DNA of 64,000 nucleotides. Source: Octopus vulgaris. Its lineage: Eukaryota. Where the stretch lies: NCBI GenBank assembly GCA_951406725.2, contig OX597822.1, positions 60,884,001-60,948,000 of the forward strand. Direction: 5' to 3'. Made by a program: the position numbers and the translations under genes. The notes below the pieces were generated by a model, which ran no database searches, was not told where the DNA came from, and worked only from the letters and a program-made list of their open reading frames with translations. Shown here piece after piece: positions 39,724 through 52,960 of the stretch. How positions within the stretch are numbered: the first letter of the stretch is position 1; each line of letters begins with the position of its first letter.

Positions 39724-41220
39724 AGAATGAAACATCTTTCATCTGTCTCCCCACCACACCTCCATCTAGGGGGGCAAAGAGAGATCAGAAAAAAAATTAG
39801 AACCTCACACCACCATCACCACCGCCGCCGCGTAATTCAAAGTTGTTCATTTTGATATGGCTCAAGAGGCATTATGGACTTTTAAATGGAGATTGAGAAA
39901 AATTGTTTCAATTAGAAAAGCAACATTTCTAGAAAATAGTAAATTGAAGTGTGAACACAGCACCTTACAGAGTATAAGTATATGACATTTATTTTTAAAA
40001 TTTAACTTCATTTGTTTTATATTCTAAATAATTTGCAATTTCAAAAAATATATTAATTTTGCGTTTTTTAATTTGATAAATTCTACGGAATAATTTTGCG
40101 CGTTTTTTGATAAATTCTACGGAAAGAATTTAGTGCGAAAAATTTATACATTTATACACAAAGACCTGTTGAGGCAAGCGAAGTTGATATCGAACCTCAT
40201 CCCACGACAGGCACCCACGCCAACCCCCTTTGCTTGCGAAGACATGTTGGGGCAAGTGTGGCACCCGGCAAATGCCAGGACCCCTGGACTGGTGGTACGT
40301 AAAAAGCACTATCCGAATCGTGGCCGATGCCAGAGCCGCCTCGACTGGCACCAATCCGACCGTGGCCGTTGCCAGCCTCTCCTGGCACCTGTGCGGGTGG
40401 CATGTAAAAAGCACCCACTACACTCTCGGAGTGGTTGGCGTTAGGAAGGGCATCCAGCTGTAGAAACATTGCCAGATAAGACTGGAGTCTGGTGCAGCCT
40501 TCTGGCTTCCCAGATCCCCGGTCGAACCGTCCAACCCATGCTGGCATGGAGAACGGACGTTAAACGATGATGATGATGAGAAGAAATTAATTCATTAAGT
40601 TTACCAAATTATATACGTCTAAAAAAAAAAAAAGTTTCACAAATTATATACGTTCGCGTTTGTGTAAAAAAAATTATTAACCAAGTTTTATAAATTATTT
40701 ACTTTGTTCAAAAAATATTATTAATATTAATTAATTTTCAAGAATTATTTAATTTATATAATTAATTCATTAATTTTATTCTGTAAAATAGTAATTAATT
40801 CATTTATCTGTAAATCCGCGAGGAAAGCGACTATGTAATTTTTTTGTGTAAAATTGAAAATGTTATATATACACACACACACACACACACACATATATAT
40901 TTTTAGTGAAATCCAACACCTTTTTTTTTAGGGGGGGTAACGCGCATGCGCGAATTCTGCACTGCGCATGCGCAAGTCACCTCGTAGGATCTCGAGTATC
41001 GAGTACCTACGTCTGGCGCGCGAATTCGCGTGTGCGAAACCAGGACCACGACAATAGACAAGTACCATTTTTTGTTTTTGTGTTTTATTTACTTTGTGTA
41101 AAAAAATTATTTTGTATTTTATTCTCTTCCCTAGGTAGTCGTTGCAGGATCGACTAGTCACGACTTGCTAGAGAGGAAACGCGAGTGCGCGTTTCGGGAC
41201 CACTCTTCTTAAATAGTGCC
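38250..41220. mobile_element. 2.97-kb MULE/Mutator-like foldback element
   Basis: Arms of about 1.4 kb (38250-39650 vs 39780-41220), about 130-bp spacer, perfect 9-bp TSD ATGCTTTAA (38241-49, 41221-29). Confidence 0.88.
38855..39272 (-). mobile_element. RTE 3'-UTR-derived retroposon in the left arm (mirror copy at about 40160-40579)
   Basis: (CAT)n-CGTTTAACGTCCG tail matching the 3' end of the RTE at 61251. Confidence 0.8.
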
Positions 41221-41543
41221 ATGCTTTAAAAGTGAAAACATGAGGTTGAGAAAAGGATTGTTTTGATATTAGTTTGTTTGGTGCCAGCACATCCTTTGGC
41301 GCTTTTCTGCGTGAAGTTTTTCCGTTTCTTTGGTTGAGAGGAATTGTTTTTAATGCACTCGAGATCAGTATCGTCGTCTAAGATCATTTATATTTTGGCC
41401 TCAAGCCAGTCTTGATCGCATATACGAATGGTCAAAACTATCCCAGTCTTTTCCAAACATTGTATATCTATGACTACTTAGTCTCTGACATATGCTGCTG
41501 CAAGAATATATATATGTATATGTGCTATTTCTGAAACTTTTAC

Positions 41544-41815
41544 TGCAGGCGTGGCTGTCTGGTAAGAAGCTTGCTTCCCAACAACATAATTCCGGGTTCA
41601 GTTACACTGTGTGGCACCTTGGACTGGTGTCTTCTACTATAGCCTCGGGCTGACTAAACCCTTGTGACGAGATTAGGTAGACAGAAATTGAAGTGTGTAT
41701 GTCTTTGTTTCTGTGTTTTGTTCCCCACCACCGCTTGACAACTTGTGTTGGTGTATTTAGGTCCCTGTAACTTCGCGGTTCAGTAAAAGAGACCGCTAGA
41801 ATAAGTACTATGCTT
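41544..41815 (+). mobile_element. SINE family 1 copy
   Basis: GCAGGCGTGGCTGTCTGGTAAG...GGGTTCAG head. Confidence 0.8.
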
Positions 41816-42354
41816 TAAGAAAGTGTAAAATAAAAGTGAAACTACTAAAGGAGTTGTGAATCTAGACTAGCACCTCTAAATCAATAAACCCCCTCCCTTA
41901 CCACACACACATACACTCACTGCTCCCACTCTAACTTTAGTTTCCTGATCCAGTATGAATAATTGTAGGGGAAAATTTTATATTTTTCCATAGATGTTTC
42001 TCTATTACTGGGGTTCATCTAATATGAGCCATACCATGTTCTGGTACTTCAATTCTGATTATGCCCCCAATTATTTACTACACTAAAATCCTTACACTGC
42101 AATGCCCTTGATCATAGGTTAGTTCATCCATGGCTGACATAAAGCTAAAGAACAACAGCTGAATAATGAGGGATTATATTTCTGGAGAGAGTAGATTTTG
42201 ATCTCTTCATTATTCTATAATCTAATGAAACTAGAAAAAAACTATAGCTGTGATAACAACTTCACAATGTTATATTCCATACAGTTCAATGTTACATACT
42301 CTGAAGATATAGCTGTTATTTATAAATATAAAAAATTCCCATAAGGTTGTATCT

Positions 42355-42728
42355 TTTACCTTTTATTTGTTTCAGTTATTGGACTGTGCCCACGTTGCAG
42401 CACCATTTTGAAGGACTTTAGTCGAACAAATCAATTCCAGTTCGTATTTTCACTTTTGGTACTTATTCTATCAGTTCCTTTTACTGAACTGCTAAGTTAC
42501 AGACAACATAAAAAATAAAACCAACTCAGGTTGTCAAGCAGTGGTGGGTGACATACAAAAGCACACATGATTACATGGTGGGCTTCCACAGTTTTCATCT
42601 ACCAAATTCACCTGTAAGGCATTGGTCAGCCCGGAGACACTGGCTTGAGGTGTTGTGCAATGGAACTGAACCAGAAACCATATGGCTGCAAAAGGAACTT
42701 CTTAACCACTCAGCCATGCCTGCACCTA
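42355..42728 (-). mobile_element. SINE family 1 copy (diverged)
   Basis: Similar to 5161-5535. Confidence 0.75.
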
Positions 42729-43169
42729 TAATCAAATTGAAAAGTAAAGTTCAGTTGTTCAAATGATTGTTTTTATCTAGTTTTTCAGTATGAAAATGCA
42801 ACATATCTACTGTTGAATCTATATTTATTATGCATCCTCTATATCTTAAATTGTTTTTCTATTATTTCAGAAAATCAGATGACATTGGCATAAGAGAATT
42901 TTTTTTTCTGTGGTTGCATCATCAAAATTTATCATCTTTTAAAACTAAAGAAAGATGTTACATGAGAGATGTTATACCGAAGTACTGTGAAATGTTTATT
43001 CTGAGTGAGATTATTGTAAACACTGCTCTACTTTATTATCTGAAATATGCTCAAGATAATTTTGCATTCTGATTAAACTTGATAAATTTATGAAGGATTA
43101 TGTATCAATTTCAAGTATCACAATCAAAAAGATTCCTAATGTTGATATGAGCGGGAAAAAAAATATATA

Positions 43170-44027
43170 ATGGAAAATAAAACATGTGAGAAACAGGTTA
43201 AATGTAAAAAAATATCTGAAGGTATTGGTTTTCATGATGAGATGCTGAAAGAGACAACAAAAGCATTTTACCACTGTGATATCTGTAAAAAGTCATTTTC
43301 TCAAAAAGCTCACATAACTAGGCACAAACGTATTCATACAGGGGAAAAGCCATATCACTGTGATATCTGTGCTAAATCATTCTCTCAGAGATATAGGCTA
43401 ACTGGCCACAAACGCATTCATACAGGAGAGAAACCATATTACTGTGAAATCTGTGATAAATCATTCTCTCAAAGTAGTGGTTTAACTAAACACACACGTA
43501 TTCATACAGGAGAAAAATTGCATAAATGTAGTATCTGCGGCAAATCATTCTCTCAAAGCCATGGGTTAACTACACATATACGCATTCATACTGGAGAAAA
43601 GCCATATCAGTGTGATATTTGTGGTAAATCATTCTCTCAAACAAGTGAATTAACTACTCATAAGCACATACATACAGGAGACAAGCCATTTTGTGATATC
43701 TGTGGTAAATCATTCTATGATGGAAGTGTTTTAATTACGCACAGACGCATTCATACAGGAGAGAAGCCATATCTCTGTGATATTTGTGGTAGATCATTCT
43801 CTCAACGAAGTCACTTAACTAAACACAAACGTATTCATACAGGAGAGAAGCCATTTCACTGTGATATCTGTGATAAATCATTCACTGGAAGAAGTAACTT
43901 AACTACTCACAATCGCATTCATACTGGAGAAAAGCCCTATTGTTGTAATAGCTGTGGTAAATCCTTTTCTCAGACAGGTACCTTAACTAGACACAAATGC
44001 TTACTTTCAGGAGAAAAAGCCTCATAA
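43170..44027 (+). CDS. C2H2 zinc-finger protein, subfamily A, 9 fingers (last one C2HC-type)
   Basis: 285-aa ORF; one-residue deletion before finger 6 (TGDKPFC); candidate acceptor tttcag ending at 42870. Confidence 0.92.
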   Translation: MENKTCEKQVKCKKISEGIGFHDEMLKETTKAFYHCDICKKSFSQKAHITRHKRIHTGEKPYHCDICAKSFSQRYRLTGHKRIHTGEKPYYCEICDKSFSQSSGLTKHTRIHTGEKLHKCSICGKSFSQSHGLTTHIRIHTGEKPYQCDICGKSFSQTSELTTHKHIHTGDKPFCDICGKSFYDGSVLITHRRIHTGEKPYLCDICGRSFSQRSHLTKHKRIHTGEKPFHCDICDKSFTGRSNLTTHNRIHTGEKPYCCNSCGKSFSQTGTLTRHKCLLSGEKAS

Positions 44028-44406
44028 TTGATTTCTGTAGTATGACATTCTCAAAAAAGTCACTTAACTACATTTGTATATATTCATATGGAAGTGTATC
44101 TGTGACAATGTCAAAACTCATTCTAAGAAACAAAATGTCTTACATAATCATAAATGTAAGAAAGAAGATAAGCTGTGTGATAACAACTTGTCAACACTAT
44201 AATTTATATAGTCCCAGCTATATCTACATTAGTGAAATATCTGTGATATTTTTAATAAAAGCCAGAAAAGTCCTATATATTTCATGTTACATATTTCCAG
44301 AAAAGAGTAAAAGCATGATTAATTAATTTGATATTGTGGTTAATGTATTTTCATAAATGAGAGATAACATTGCAGTTATTATATTACAAATCATTATCAT
44401 CATCTA

Positions 44407-44628
44407 CCTCTTTTGTTACCAACCCTGCTGAAACCGGCTCTGGCTCTTTAGTACAAATGTCTGGCTTTCAAAAGTTCTGAATTAAAATCTTCCACCAAAC
44501 CTTAGTCACAATTTATGTTCCTAACACTAGCTTAATGATAATGATGTTATTTTACTAAATTCTTTGTTATATTTAAAATAACTGGAAGAAACACAGAGCA
44601 TATCAAAATAAATACAGTAACGAAAGGG
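44407..44628. mobile_element. piggyBac-type MITE inserted at the TTAA of an RTE-tail retroposon (continues 44629-44830)
   Basis: Near-identical to 14002-14219; right end AAAGGG|TTAA followed by CGTC of the RTE tail. Confidence 0.8.
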
Positions 44629-47084
44629 TTAACGTCTGTTTTCCATGCTAGCATGGATTGGACAGTTTGACAGGTGCTTGCAAGCCAGGGGACTGTGCCA
44701 AGCTCTACTGTCTATTTTGGTATGATTTCTATGGCTAGATGCCCTTCCTAATGCCAACCACTTTAGAGAGTGTACTGAGTACTTTTTATGCAGTACCATC
44801 ACCAGCAAGGCCACCAAGTAACTTGCGAGACAAGATCCCCTCAACTGAGTGGGGAGTGATATTGAGCAAGATAACTATACCTGGTGGTGAAAGGTTAGGG
44901 TATAATAGAGTCACTTGTGTCTTTCAGTAGAGGAGATACATGGCCACCCCAGGTAAAAAAAATGAAAGAAGAGAGAGAGGCAAGAAGATGTGTTGGAGGT
45001 GAACCCTCAAGTTACAGAGAGAAAATATATATTCCCAGTCTTCTATACATTCTTTCATATATCTTATGGTGTAAACTTATTATGAATGTATCCTATCAAA
45101 GTAATGATTCTCATGTTGGTAAGATGTATATAATTCTCTCATTTTCTTTATAGTATGATTCTTTCAAACCTGATGATTAAATTGAATGTTAGTTTGCAAA
45201 CATCAATATAACTCAGTTGTTTATATAAATTCAAAGTGGGTTATGTGATTTGTGAATCATCCTCATGACTGTGCTTATCTTCATTCTGTATGCTTATATG
45301 GGCTGCACATATCTGCTATACAAGATAGCATCACATTTTCTGTCTTTTGTTATCTTGAGTATTGATCCTATTATCTTTTGTGAATATGCTTAATAACCTG
45401 AAATTTAAATAAAGCTGGTTTACTTAAATTATTCTCCTGTTCTTTTATATATATAACATCCAACCAATGCTTTTACTAACACAGCTGTTTACTTTAAATC
45501 TATATAATTTGTTGAAATTATTTGATACCAAATCCTAGATATTAGATGTTAAACAGTGAATCATATATGCTAATGATTGTGATTATCTTCTGAACATCTG
45601 TTATAACTAAAGACAGTCTAAGGAGTATATATTTCTGAGTTAGATAAAGTTTGAATGTGAGAGCTAATGTTGATTGTTGTACAGAAACCTACATTTGTAA
45701 CACTCTTGTTTCAACAAAACAAAGGTACAAAAACTAACAAGGAAATAATATTATGTCTCACCCTCTATAATTTTGGATAACATGTAATTAAAGCACTCAA
45801 AGTCTACAAATACTCACAATATCAGACGATTAGTCCTGACAACATCATAAACATATCTAAATCTGCACTGCAAAGCATAGCCTTCCTCTGCAGAGTCGGA
45901 AAATGCTTCAGTTCTCAGTAGCTGAATTATGATTTGCAGTAGAATAGTACTGTGAGACAAAAATACTAGAAGTCCATCTGATTCATTGGAAAATACTCAA
46001 CAACACACTTCGACATTTTATGTACAGTTCGGACTGTCTTCTCATTGTCTATTCTCCAGTTACATTTTTTCATCCACTGACAAACAAGGAAAACATTTTG
46101 TAGTAAAAAAGTACATAGGCTAGTTCTGCTGCTGTTACACTTCCAGGAAATATCCAGATAGTTGGCCAACACATACTCATGTGCATATCACAACACTATA
46201 ACCACTAGCTATAGCTTGACTATTTCTTGTCTCTAAGTCCATTTAGATCTGATCTTGAGGTCACTAATCTAGTCTAGTATTCATAACTACATATTTCATA
46301 AAATAAACACTGGAATGCCATTAGGGCTACTATGTTTGAATAGTATGAACTGTTAAGGAATTCCAGAGTGCAGTAGTTTTGGGAATAAAGAATTAAGCAA
46401 GGACTTTACTCTGAGGTTTACTTCTATGATGTAAACAATAGAGGTATGTGCATTTGGTAGTTTTGGATGGAAGTGGAATTAAATTACTACTTCACAGAGC
46501 AGAAACTGTTTCAGTGGATCTACAAGAGACAGAAAAGAAAAAGTATATCTATGGCAGGTGGTTATTGTGTGAGTTTCTGCTAGATATTCAGGCAATACGA
46601 TTTAGAAGAGGTCTAGTAGCAGATTTATTCTAGTTAGCATAATTCTAGTGAGGTTTCAACATAATATTTGTAGCATCTCAGCAACAGGTATTTATTGCCT
46701 GGACCTGAATATATGGGCATTAGTTTATACTTTGGGAAATGAAACATGAATGGAATCTACAAGTTACTAAATTAGGAGACTTGCATATGTGACAATGGAG
46801 AATAAGTTTCTTATGGATACATACACACATGCTATGCTGAAAGTAAATTAAATTCAGATAATAGAACGTAGTTAGTTTACAAATGTTCCATGGGTTGGCA
46901 ATGTTAACAATAACAGAAGAATCAGAAAGATGGAGTCTTTAGGGAAATTGGAAACATTTCATGTTTCACTGATTGCATAGATGATCTTTGAAGAATAATG
47001 TCTTGAAAAGTTGGTTGAATGCACAAAAAAAAGTAACTGATCCCAAAAATTCTCCAAAATTGACAGGGCATTGAAGAAGAGGTA

Positions 47085-47433
47085 TTCTTTTATTTGTTTG
47101 TCATTTGACTGCGGCCATGCTGTGGCACCGACTTTAGTCAAACAAATCGACCCCAGGACTTATTCTTTGTAAGTCTAATACTTATTCTATTGATCTCTTT
47201 TTGCTGAACCACTAAGTTACAGGGACATAAACACACCAACATCGGTTTTCAAGCAACGATGGAGGGACAAACATACACACACAAACATATATATTTATAT
47301 ATTTATGATGGACTTCTTTCAGTTTCCCTCTGCCAAATCCATTCACACGGCTTTGGTCAGCCCGAGGCTATAGTAGAAGACATTTGCCCAAGATTGGGAA
47401 GCAAGCTTCTTACCACATAGTCACGCCTGCACC
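47085..47433 (-). mobile_element. SINE family 1 copy
   Basis: Similar to 5161-5535. Confidence 0.8.
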
Positions 47434-47579
47434 TGGTAGAGTACACCTATGGACATGAGCTTCTACCTCAATAGATATCCCCAACACAGCTATTGTCCTA
47501 CCTTTTCTCCGGCAGACAAAATACTTAGGTATATACAAAAAGAGTTGAACACATACATATCGTTGCTATTTAACAACAG

Positions 47580-47849
47580 TTAAACTGTTGTATGTCCAAA
47601 TTTGGCCAAATGTGATTTTTTCATAGCACGATCTTCTCTCTTGGTAATTTTTCTTGGCCTACCTGTAGACTTTCTTGCTTCACACGAACCACAATCATCG
47701 TAGACCTTAAGAATACCGTGAACAACACTTTTTGACTTGTTAACAATCTTTGCAATAGACCCAATACTTAAATTATCCTTCTTTCGAAGCTTAATAATCT
47801 GCTGACGAATTGGTAACGGAGTAAGTGGCATTATATTTACAAAGTACAC
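47580..47849 (-). pseudogene. Tc1-like transposase N-terminal (HTH) fragment
   Basis: IRQQIIKLRK..SIGSIAKIVNKSKSVVHGIL..TGRPRKITKREDR; GRPR motif typical of Tc1. Confidence 0.75.
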
Positions 47850-48298
47850 TGCAGATATTCTTATTAATGTTTAGTAAAAGAACCGTCACGTAAACAAATT
47901 TAAAACATTAGAGTTCGACGGTTAAATATACTAAAGCACAGAGTAAAAGCAACCGTTCTGATCATTTTGGCCGCCATGGGTTTTGCAGTAAAATTGAAAA
48001 AGTGTTTTACGTCTCAAGTCTATGCTCTTCTACAGAAAGCGACACAGAAAAAAATGTGTGTAGTGGCTACCGATCACACACACACATATATATATATATT
48101 CCAAGTAAATTACAAAACAATTACATTTTATATTTCAATGATGCAAAAACGAAAAAGTAATAATGAACTAATTGTATGTAGAGATCAGGTGCACTACAAT
48201 ACAAATATATAAATAAGACAAATAAATTATATCAACGAAAATATACAATTATTAGCCCCTACACGCAATTTTTTCTCTCCTTGTTTCTTTTCTGTGTA

Positions 48299-48336
48299 TC
48301 TTTCTGTCGAAGAGCGTAGGCTCGAAACGTAAAAGA
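48299..48336 (+). ncRNA. Variant hammerhead-like motif (CUGUCGA core)
   Basis: UCUUU-CUGUCGA-A-GAGC(GUAG)GCUC-GAAAC-GUA-AAAGA. Confidence 0.55.
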
Positions 48337-48429
48337 CTTCTTTTATTTCTATTCCTGAGCGCCATACTAATACATTATTTGTTTGTACTCCACCTGCCTT
48401 CGTCTTTGTTTATTTTCGTAAACCTTCCG

Positions 48430-48474
<45 letters not shown>

Positions 48475-48494
48475 ATTATTATATAACATATATA

Positions 48495-49437
48495 TCTATA
48501 TATATAAAACTGTAGTTGTGTGAGTGTCTGTCCCCTTCGATTTAGATTCCTAACTACTCCGACATTTTGCGGTGCAGTTTAACCAAATTCGGGTATCTTA
48601 TAGTCGTGATTCATATCGAGCCCGTCTGGGTATTAGCGCGCGTCTACGATGAGTCTACGATTTTAAAAATAATTTACCATCATTTTTTATTCCATTTTAA
48701 TGCATAATTTTTCGTGTGTCGATGGCGGCGGAGTTGGCGTCCACGCTCACACCTGCACATGTGTTGCTTCTCCCACTTCTTCCCTCCCTCGTGAAGCTGT
48801 GGGGAAGGGAGTGTAAGGAAATCAACGTCGTAATGCGTTGTCAAGGAGACCAGCGTTCTTTTAGAACAACGACTTCATGGCTTGAAGACACCAAAACAGA
48901 AATCGCTAAAAAAGCTGAAACAGATCCACAAAAACGGCAATTACCGCCATACAGGGCAGGTTTCCTGTGCAAACAATTTGCACAACCGAATGTTTTAGTT
49001 GTTGCACAAATCTTTATATATAAAAGTAAGGTTGTGTGTCTGTCTCCTACGATTTAGATTCCTAACTACTCCCACATTTTGCGGTGCAGTGTAACCAAAA
49101 CCGGGTATCTTATAGTCGTGATTCATATCGAGCCCTTCTGGGTATTAGCGCGCGTCTACGATGAGTCTACGATTTTAAAAATAATTTACCATCATTTTTT
49201 CCATTTTAATGCATTTTTTGCTATTATATAAGGGAAGTAACTCTCTAAAAATGTCTACGATGAGTCAACGATTTTAAAAAATTTACTATAATTTACTAAT
49301 ACTCAGACGGGCTCGATATGAATCACGACTATAAGATACCCGAATTTGGTTAAACTGCACCGCAAAATGTGGGAGTAGTTAGGAATCTAAATCGAAGGGG
49401 ACAGACACTCACACAACTACAGTTTTATATATATAGA
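48495..49437. mobile_element. Helitron-5'-end-derived element with internal direct repeat and about 140-bp inverted ends
   Basis: TCTATATATATAAAAC start; direct copy from 49011; inverted copy about 49300-49437. Confidence 0.7.
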
Positions 49438-50819
49438 TATATTTAAAGGGAAATAATTCTTATTAAATCCCTTTCCTTTCCGCAATATTGCCTATCGTAT
49501 ATTGATCTATTATAACCCATTCATGCCTATCAAATCAGAGTCTTGGTGAAGGATTGACGCAGCGCAATACGAACTCTTCTTTCTTGACTCCTTCAATATA
49601 GCCAATGCAGAGAACCAATAGTCGAATTAATTTGCTGGCAATAAACAAAGTACCATCCAAGTACTTGACTTCTACTTTTATATCGCCCTCGTATGATTGA
49701 AAGTTAACTTCAGTGGGATTTGAACTTGGAGCAAAAAGAAGCAGAACAATTATCGCTTTTTACTCTACACTCTAACAATTCACCCCCTTAATATTATATA
49801 GACTTCTGCATTTGATTGGTACTTCATTGTATCCCAGAAGGGGGAAAGATGAAGCTGTTTTATATTCTTTACATCAAGTCAACAATGATCAATAAAATTT
49901 ACGACTGTCCAGTCTTTTATTTCAGCTATGTATCTACATTATTTTTCATATTCCAACTAAAAAGTAAATATTAAAGTTTAGCCGTCACTTGCAAGCGAGT
50001 ATGACCTGGTAGCTTTCTCATAAATATGTGAACTGCGTGTCATTCTTAGCAGAGACAAATAATAAACCTTGATGATCAATCCTCAGAGGACATCTTTACA
50101 AAGCTCTCCAGGATAGCAGAAACTGATGCGTTGACAGTGGAATTATATGTGAGAGGAGAGGTTTAAAAATTACTGATACAAAGAACGACAGTTCTACTTG
50201 TAAGACAATCTGATCTATGTAATTGATTAGTTGAACTGAGAGTTTATACTTCTAAAGGTTGTAAGCTGGATGAATTCGCACAAATTCTAGAACAGGGATG
50301 GCTTGTAAAACCTTGTTTATTACAAAACGTAATTGGATGTTTCTGGAACTGTAATGATGAGTTAGCACGTTTCCAGGGTGTACAATTATATCGCTAAAAA
50401 CGTTGTTCTATTAGCAATAGGACGATAAATGTTCAGCACGTGTTACATTTAGTTTGTTTACTATGCATACAATAGAAGTTACTGAACTGTCCAACAATCT
50501 AGTCTTAACAGACAATAATGTTGATCTTTCTAACACAAACAAACGGATCAACGAATTGTAATCCACTTACTACTGAAACAGTTCACATAAAAAAGAATTA
50601 GAAAAAACAATCCACATGCTATTGTCACACACAATGGAGGCATTAAACGTAAACAATCTTGCCTAGAAAAATTGCATATGGTTAATTTAATGTTAGATAC
50701 CTATCTAGAACTTGCTGTGTTGTTTACGTTGTGGTATATTAGAAATTCACAAAGGTTATGAAGCAACACAGAGGGAGCCTCTACGTGGTCGCTCAGCCTG
50801 GCAGAAATAGTGGGTAAAT

Positions 50820-51088
50820 TTCCCAAAAGTGGACACATTGGATAATGGTGTTTCTTCATACTACGACTATAAACTCAGAAGATTATGCAAACCAAAATCA
50901 GTGGTTACAATACAAACACGAATGCCGTTAAATCTTATAAAGAAGCATACAACAGTTGTTTGCTTCTTTCTAAAATTTAACGGCATTCCTGTTTGTATTG
51001 CACCCTCTTATTTCGGCTTGCATAATCTTCTTTGTTTATAGTCGTTGTATGAAGAAACACAGTTATCCAATGTGTCCTCTTTTGGGAA
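50820..51088. repeat. About 270-bp imperfect palindrome (old foldback/MITE)
   Basis: TTCCCAAAAGTGGACACATTGGATAA ... TTATCCAATGTGTCCTCTTTTGGGAA, centre near 50954. Confidence 0.85.
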
Positions 51089-51316
51089 GAGCTTTGACAG
51101 TGTGAAATACTTTCAGACGGCATTGTAATAGTGATTTCGTCACATGTTTGTAAAAGGGGACAGTATGATTAATAGCTTCGTAAAATCTGTCAGATAAAAA
51201 TACATATACACGCTATATTGAATTTAAATCTTGGCACAGATTTAAAACAAAAGAGGAAGACAGGTGTATAAACAACAAACAGGTGTATTAGTTTAACGGT
51301 CGGGAAGGTGAGAATG

Positions 51317-51354
51317 TCTTTTACGTTTCGAGCCTACGCTCTTCAACAGAAAGG
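51317..51354 (-). ncRNA. Variant hammerhead-like motif (CUGUUGA core)
   Basis: Minus strand CUUU-CUGUUGA-A-GAGC(GUAG)GCUC-GAAAC-GUA-AAAG. Confidence 0.55.
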
Positions 51355-51378
51355 AACACGAGAAAATAAACAGAGAGA

Positions 51379-51437
<59 letters not shown>

Positions 51438-51440
<3 letters not shown>

Positions 51441-52042
51441 TCATCATCATCATCATCGTTTAACGTCCGCTTTCCATGCTAGCATGGGTTGGACGATTTG
51501 ACTGAGGTCCTGGCGAACCAGATGGCTGTACCAAACTCCAATCTGATCTGGCAGAGTTTCTACAGCTGGATGCCCTTCATAACGCCAACTACTCCGAGAG
51601 TTAAGTGGGTGCTTTTACGTGCCACCGGCACGAGGACCAGTCATGCGGTACTGGCAACGGCCACGCTCAAATGGTGCTTTTTATGTGCCACCTACACAGG
51701 AGCAAGTCCAGTGACACTGGCAGCGACCTCGCTCGAAAGTTTTTTCACGTGTCACCAGCACAAGTGCCAGTAAGGCGACACAGGTAATGATCACGCTCGA
51801 ATGGCGCTTTTTACGTGCCACCAGTACGGAAGCCAGTTTGTTGTTCTGGCAACGATCACGCTCGTATGGTACTCTTAGCGGTCCACTAGCACGGATGCCA
51901 ATCATCGAATTTGATTTCGATTTCGATTTCACTTGCCTTAACAGGTCTTCGCAAGCAGAGTTAGTGTCCAATGAAGGAGAGGTGCGCATAAGTAGGCTGG
52001 TTACATCCTTGGCCACGAGGTTATGATCTCACTTGGGCTTGC

Positions 52043-52044
<2 letters not shown>
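51438..52044 (-). mobile_element. RTE 3'-UTR-derived retroposon with internal tandem subrepeats, flanked by (TA)n
   Basis: Matches 61251-61920 including the (CAT)n tail. Confidence 0.8.
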
Positions 52045-52113
<69 letters not shown>

Positions 52114-52217
52114 GGAGTAAACACATAAATGTGAAACAAGGTGGAAAAAAGAGTACTCAAATACCAGTGGTAGAGTAATATGCTTTATTTGTTGAATTTT
52201 CTGCTGCTTAAAATAAA

Positions 52218-52292
<75 letters not shown>

Positions 52293-52309
52293 CATACATA
52301 TATATATAT

Positions 52310-52340
<31 letters not shown>

Positions 52341-52373
52341 CATACATATATATATATAAACATACATACACAC

Positions 52374-52439
<66 letters not shown>

Positions 52440-52588
52440 AATGAGGTAATCAGATCGGATGGTTCATATTTATAGATATTTATTTATATATTACATTTTT
52501 TACATATATATATCTATCATATCATTCAGATCATATCATTCGGTTTATTAGCGCTTTCTCCCATTCCAGTGGGGTTTTCAAATCAAAT

Positions 52589-52634
<46 letters not shown>

Positions 52635-52960
52635 AGTGTATTGTAGTTCGCTTGAAGCATTGTGTATTGTTTGTAAAGAATAAAAAGTTTTCAATGGTAC
52701 AACAATGTACTATAATATAGACAATGGGCTATTTACCTGTTGTACATACATACATACATATATACACACACACACATACATACACACACACATACATGCA
52801 GACATACATATACACATACACCGAGTAAAAAATTACACTGAATCGGCCATACATACATACACATACATAGATACATAGACACATACATACACACACTCAT
52901 ACATAGATACATACACATACACACATACATGCATACATACATATACACATACACCGAGTA
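52045..52960. repeat. Microsatellite-rich block ((TA)n, (TACA)n) with short interspersed repeat fragments
   Basis: direct reading. Confidence 0.85.

Noticed and set aside
38887-40547. Mirror-image 100-130 aa ORFs
   Set aside because: GC-richer RTE 3'-UTR repeat inside a palindrome; no protein motifs
43997-44326. 109-aa ORF overlapping the ZNF stop
   Set aside because: Non-ATG start; decayed finger/3' UTR sequence
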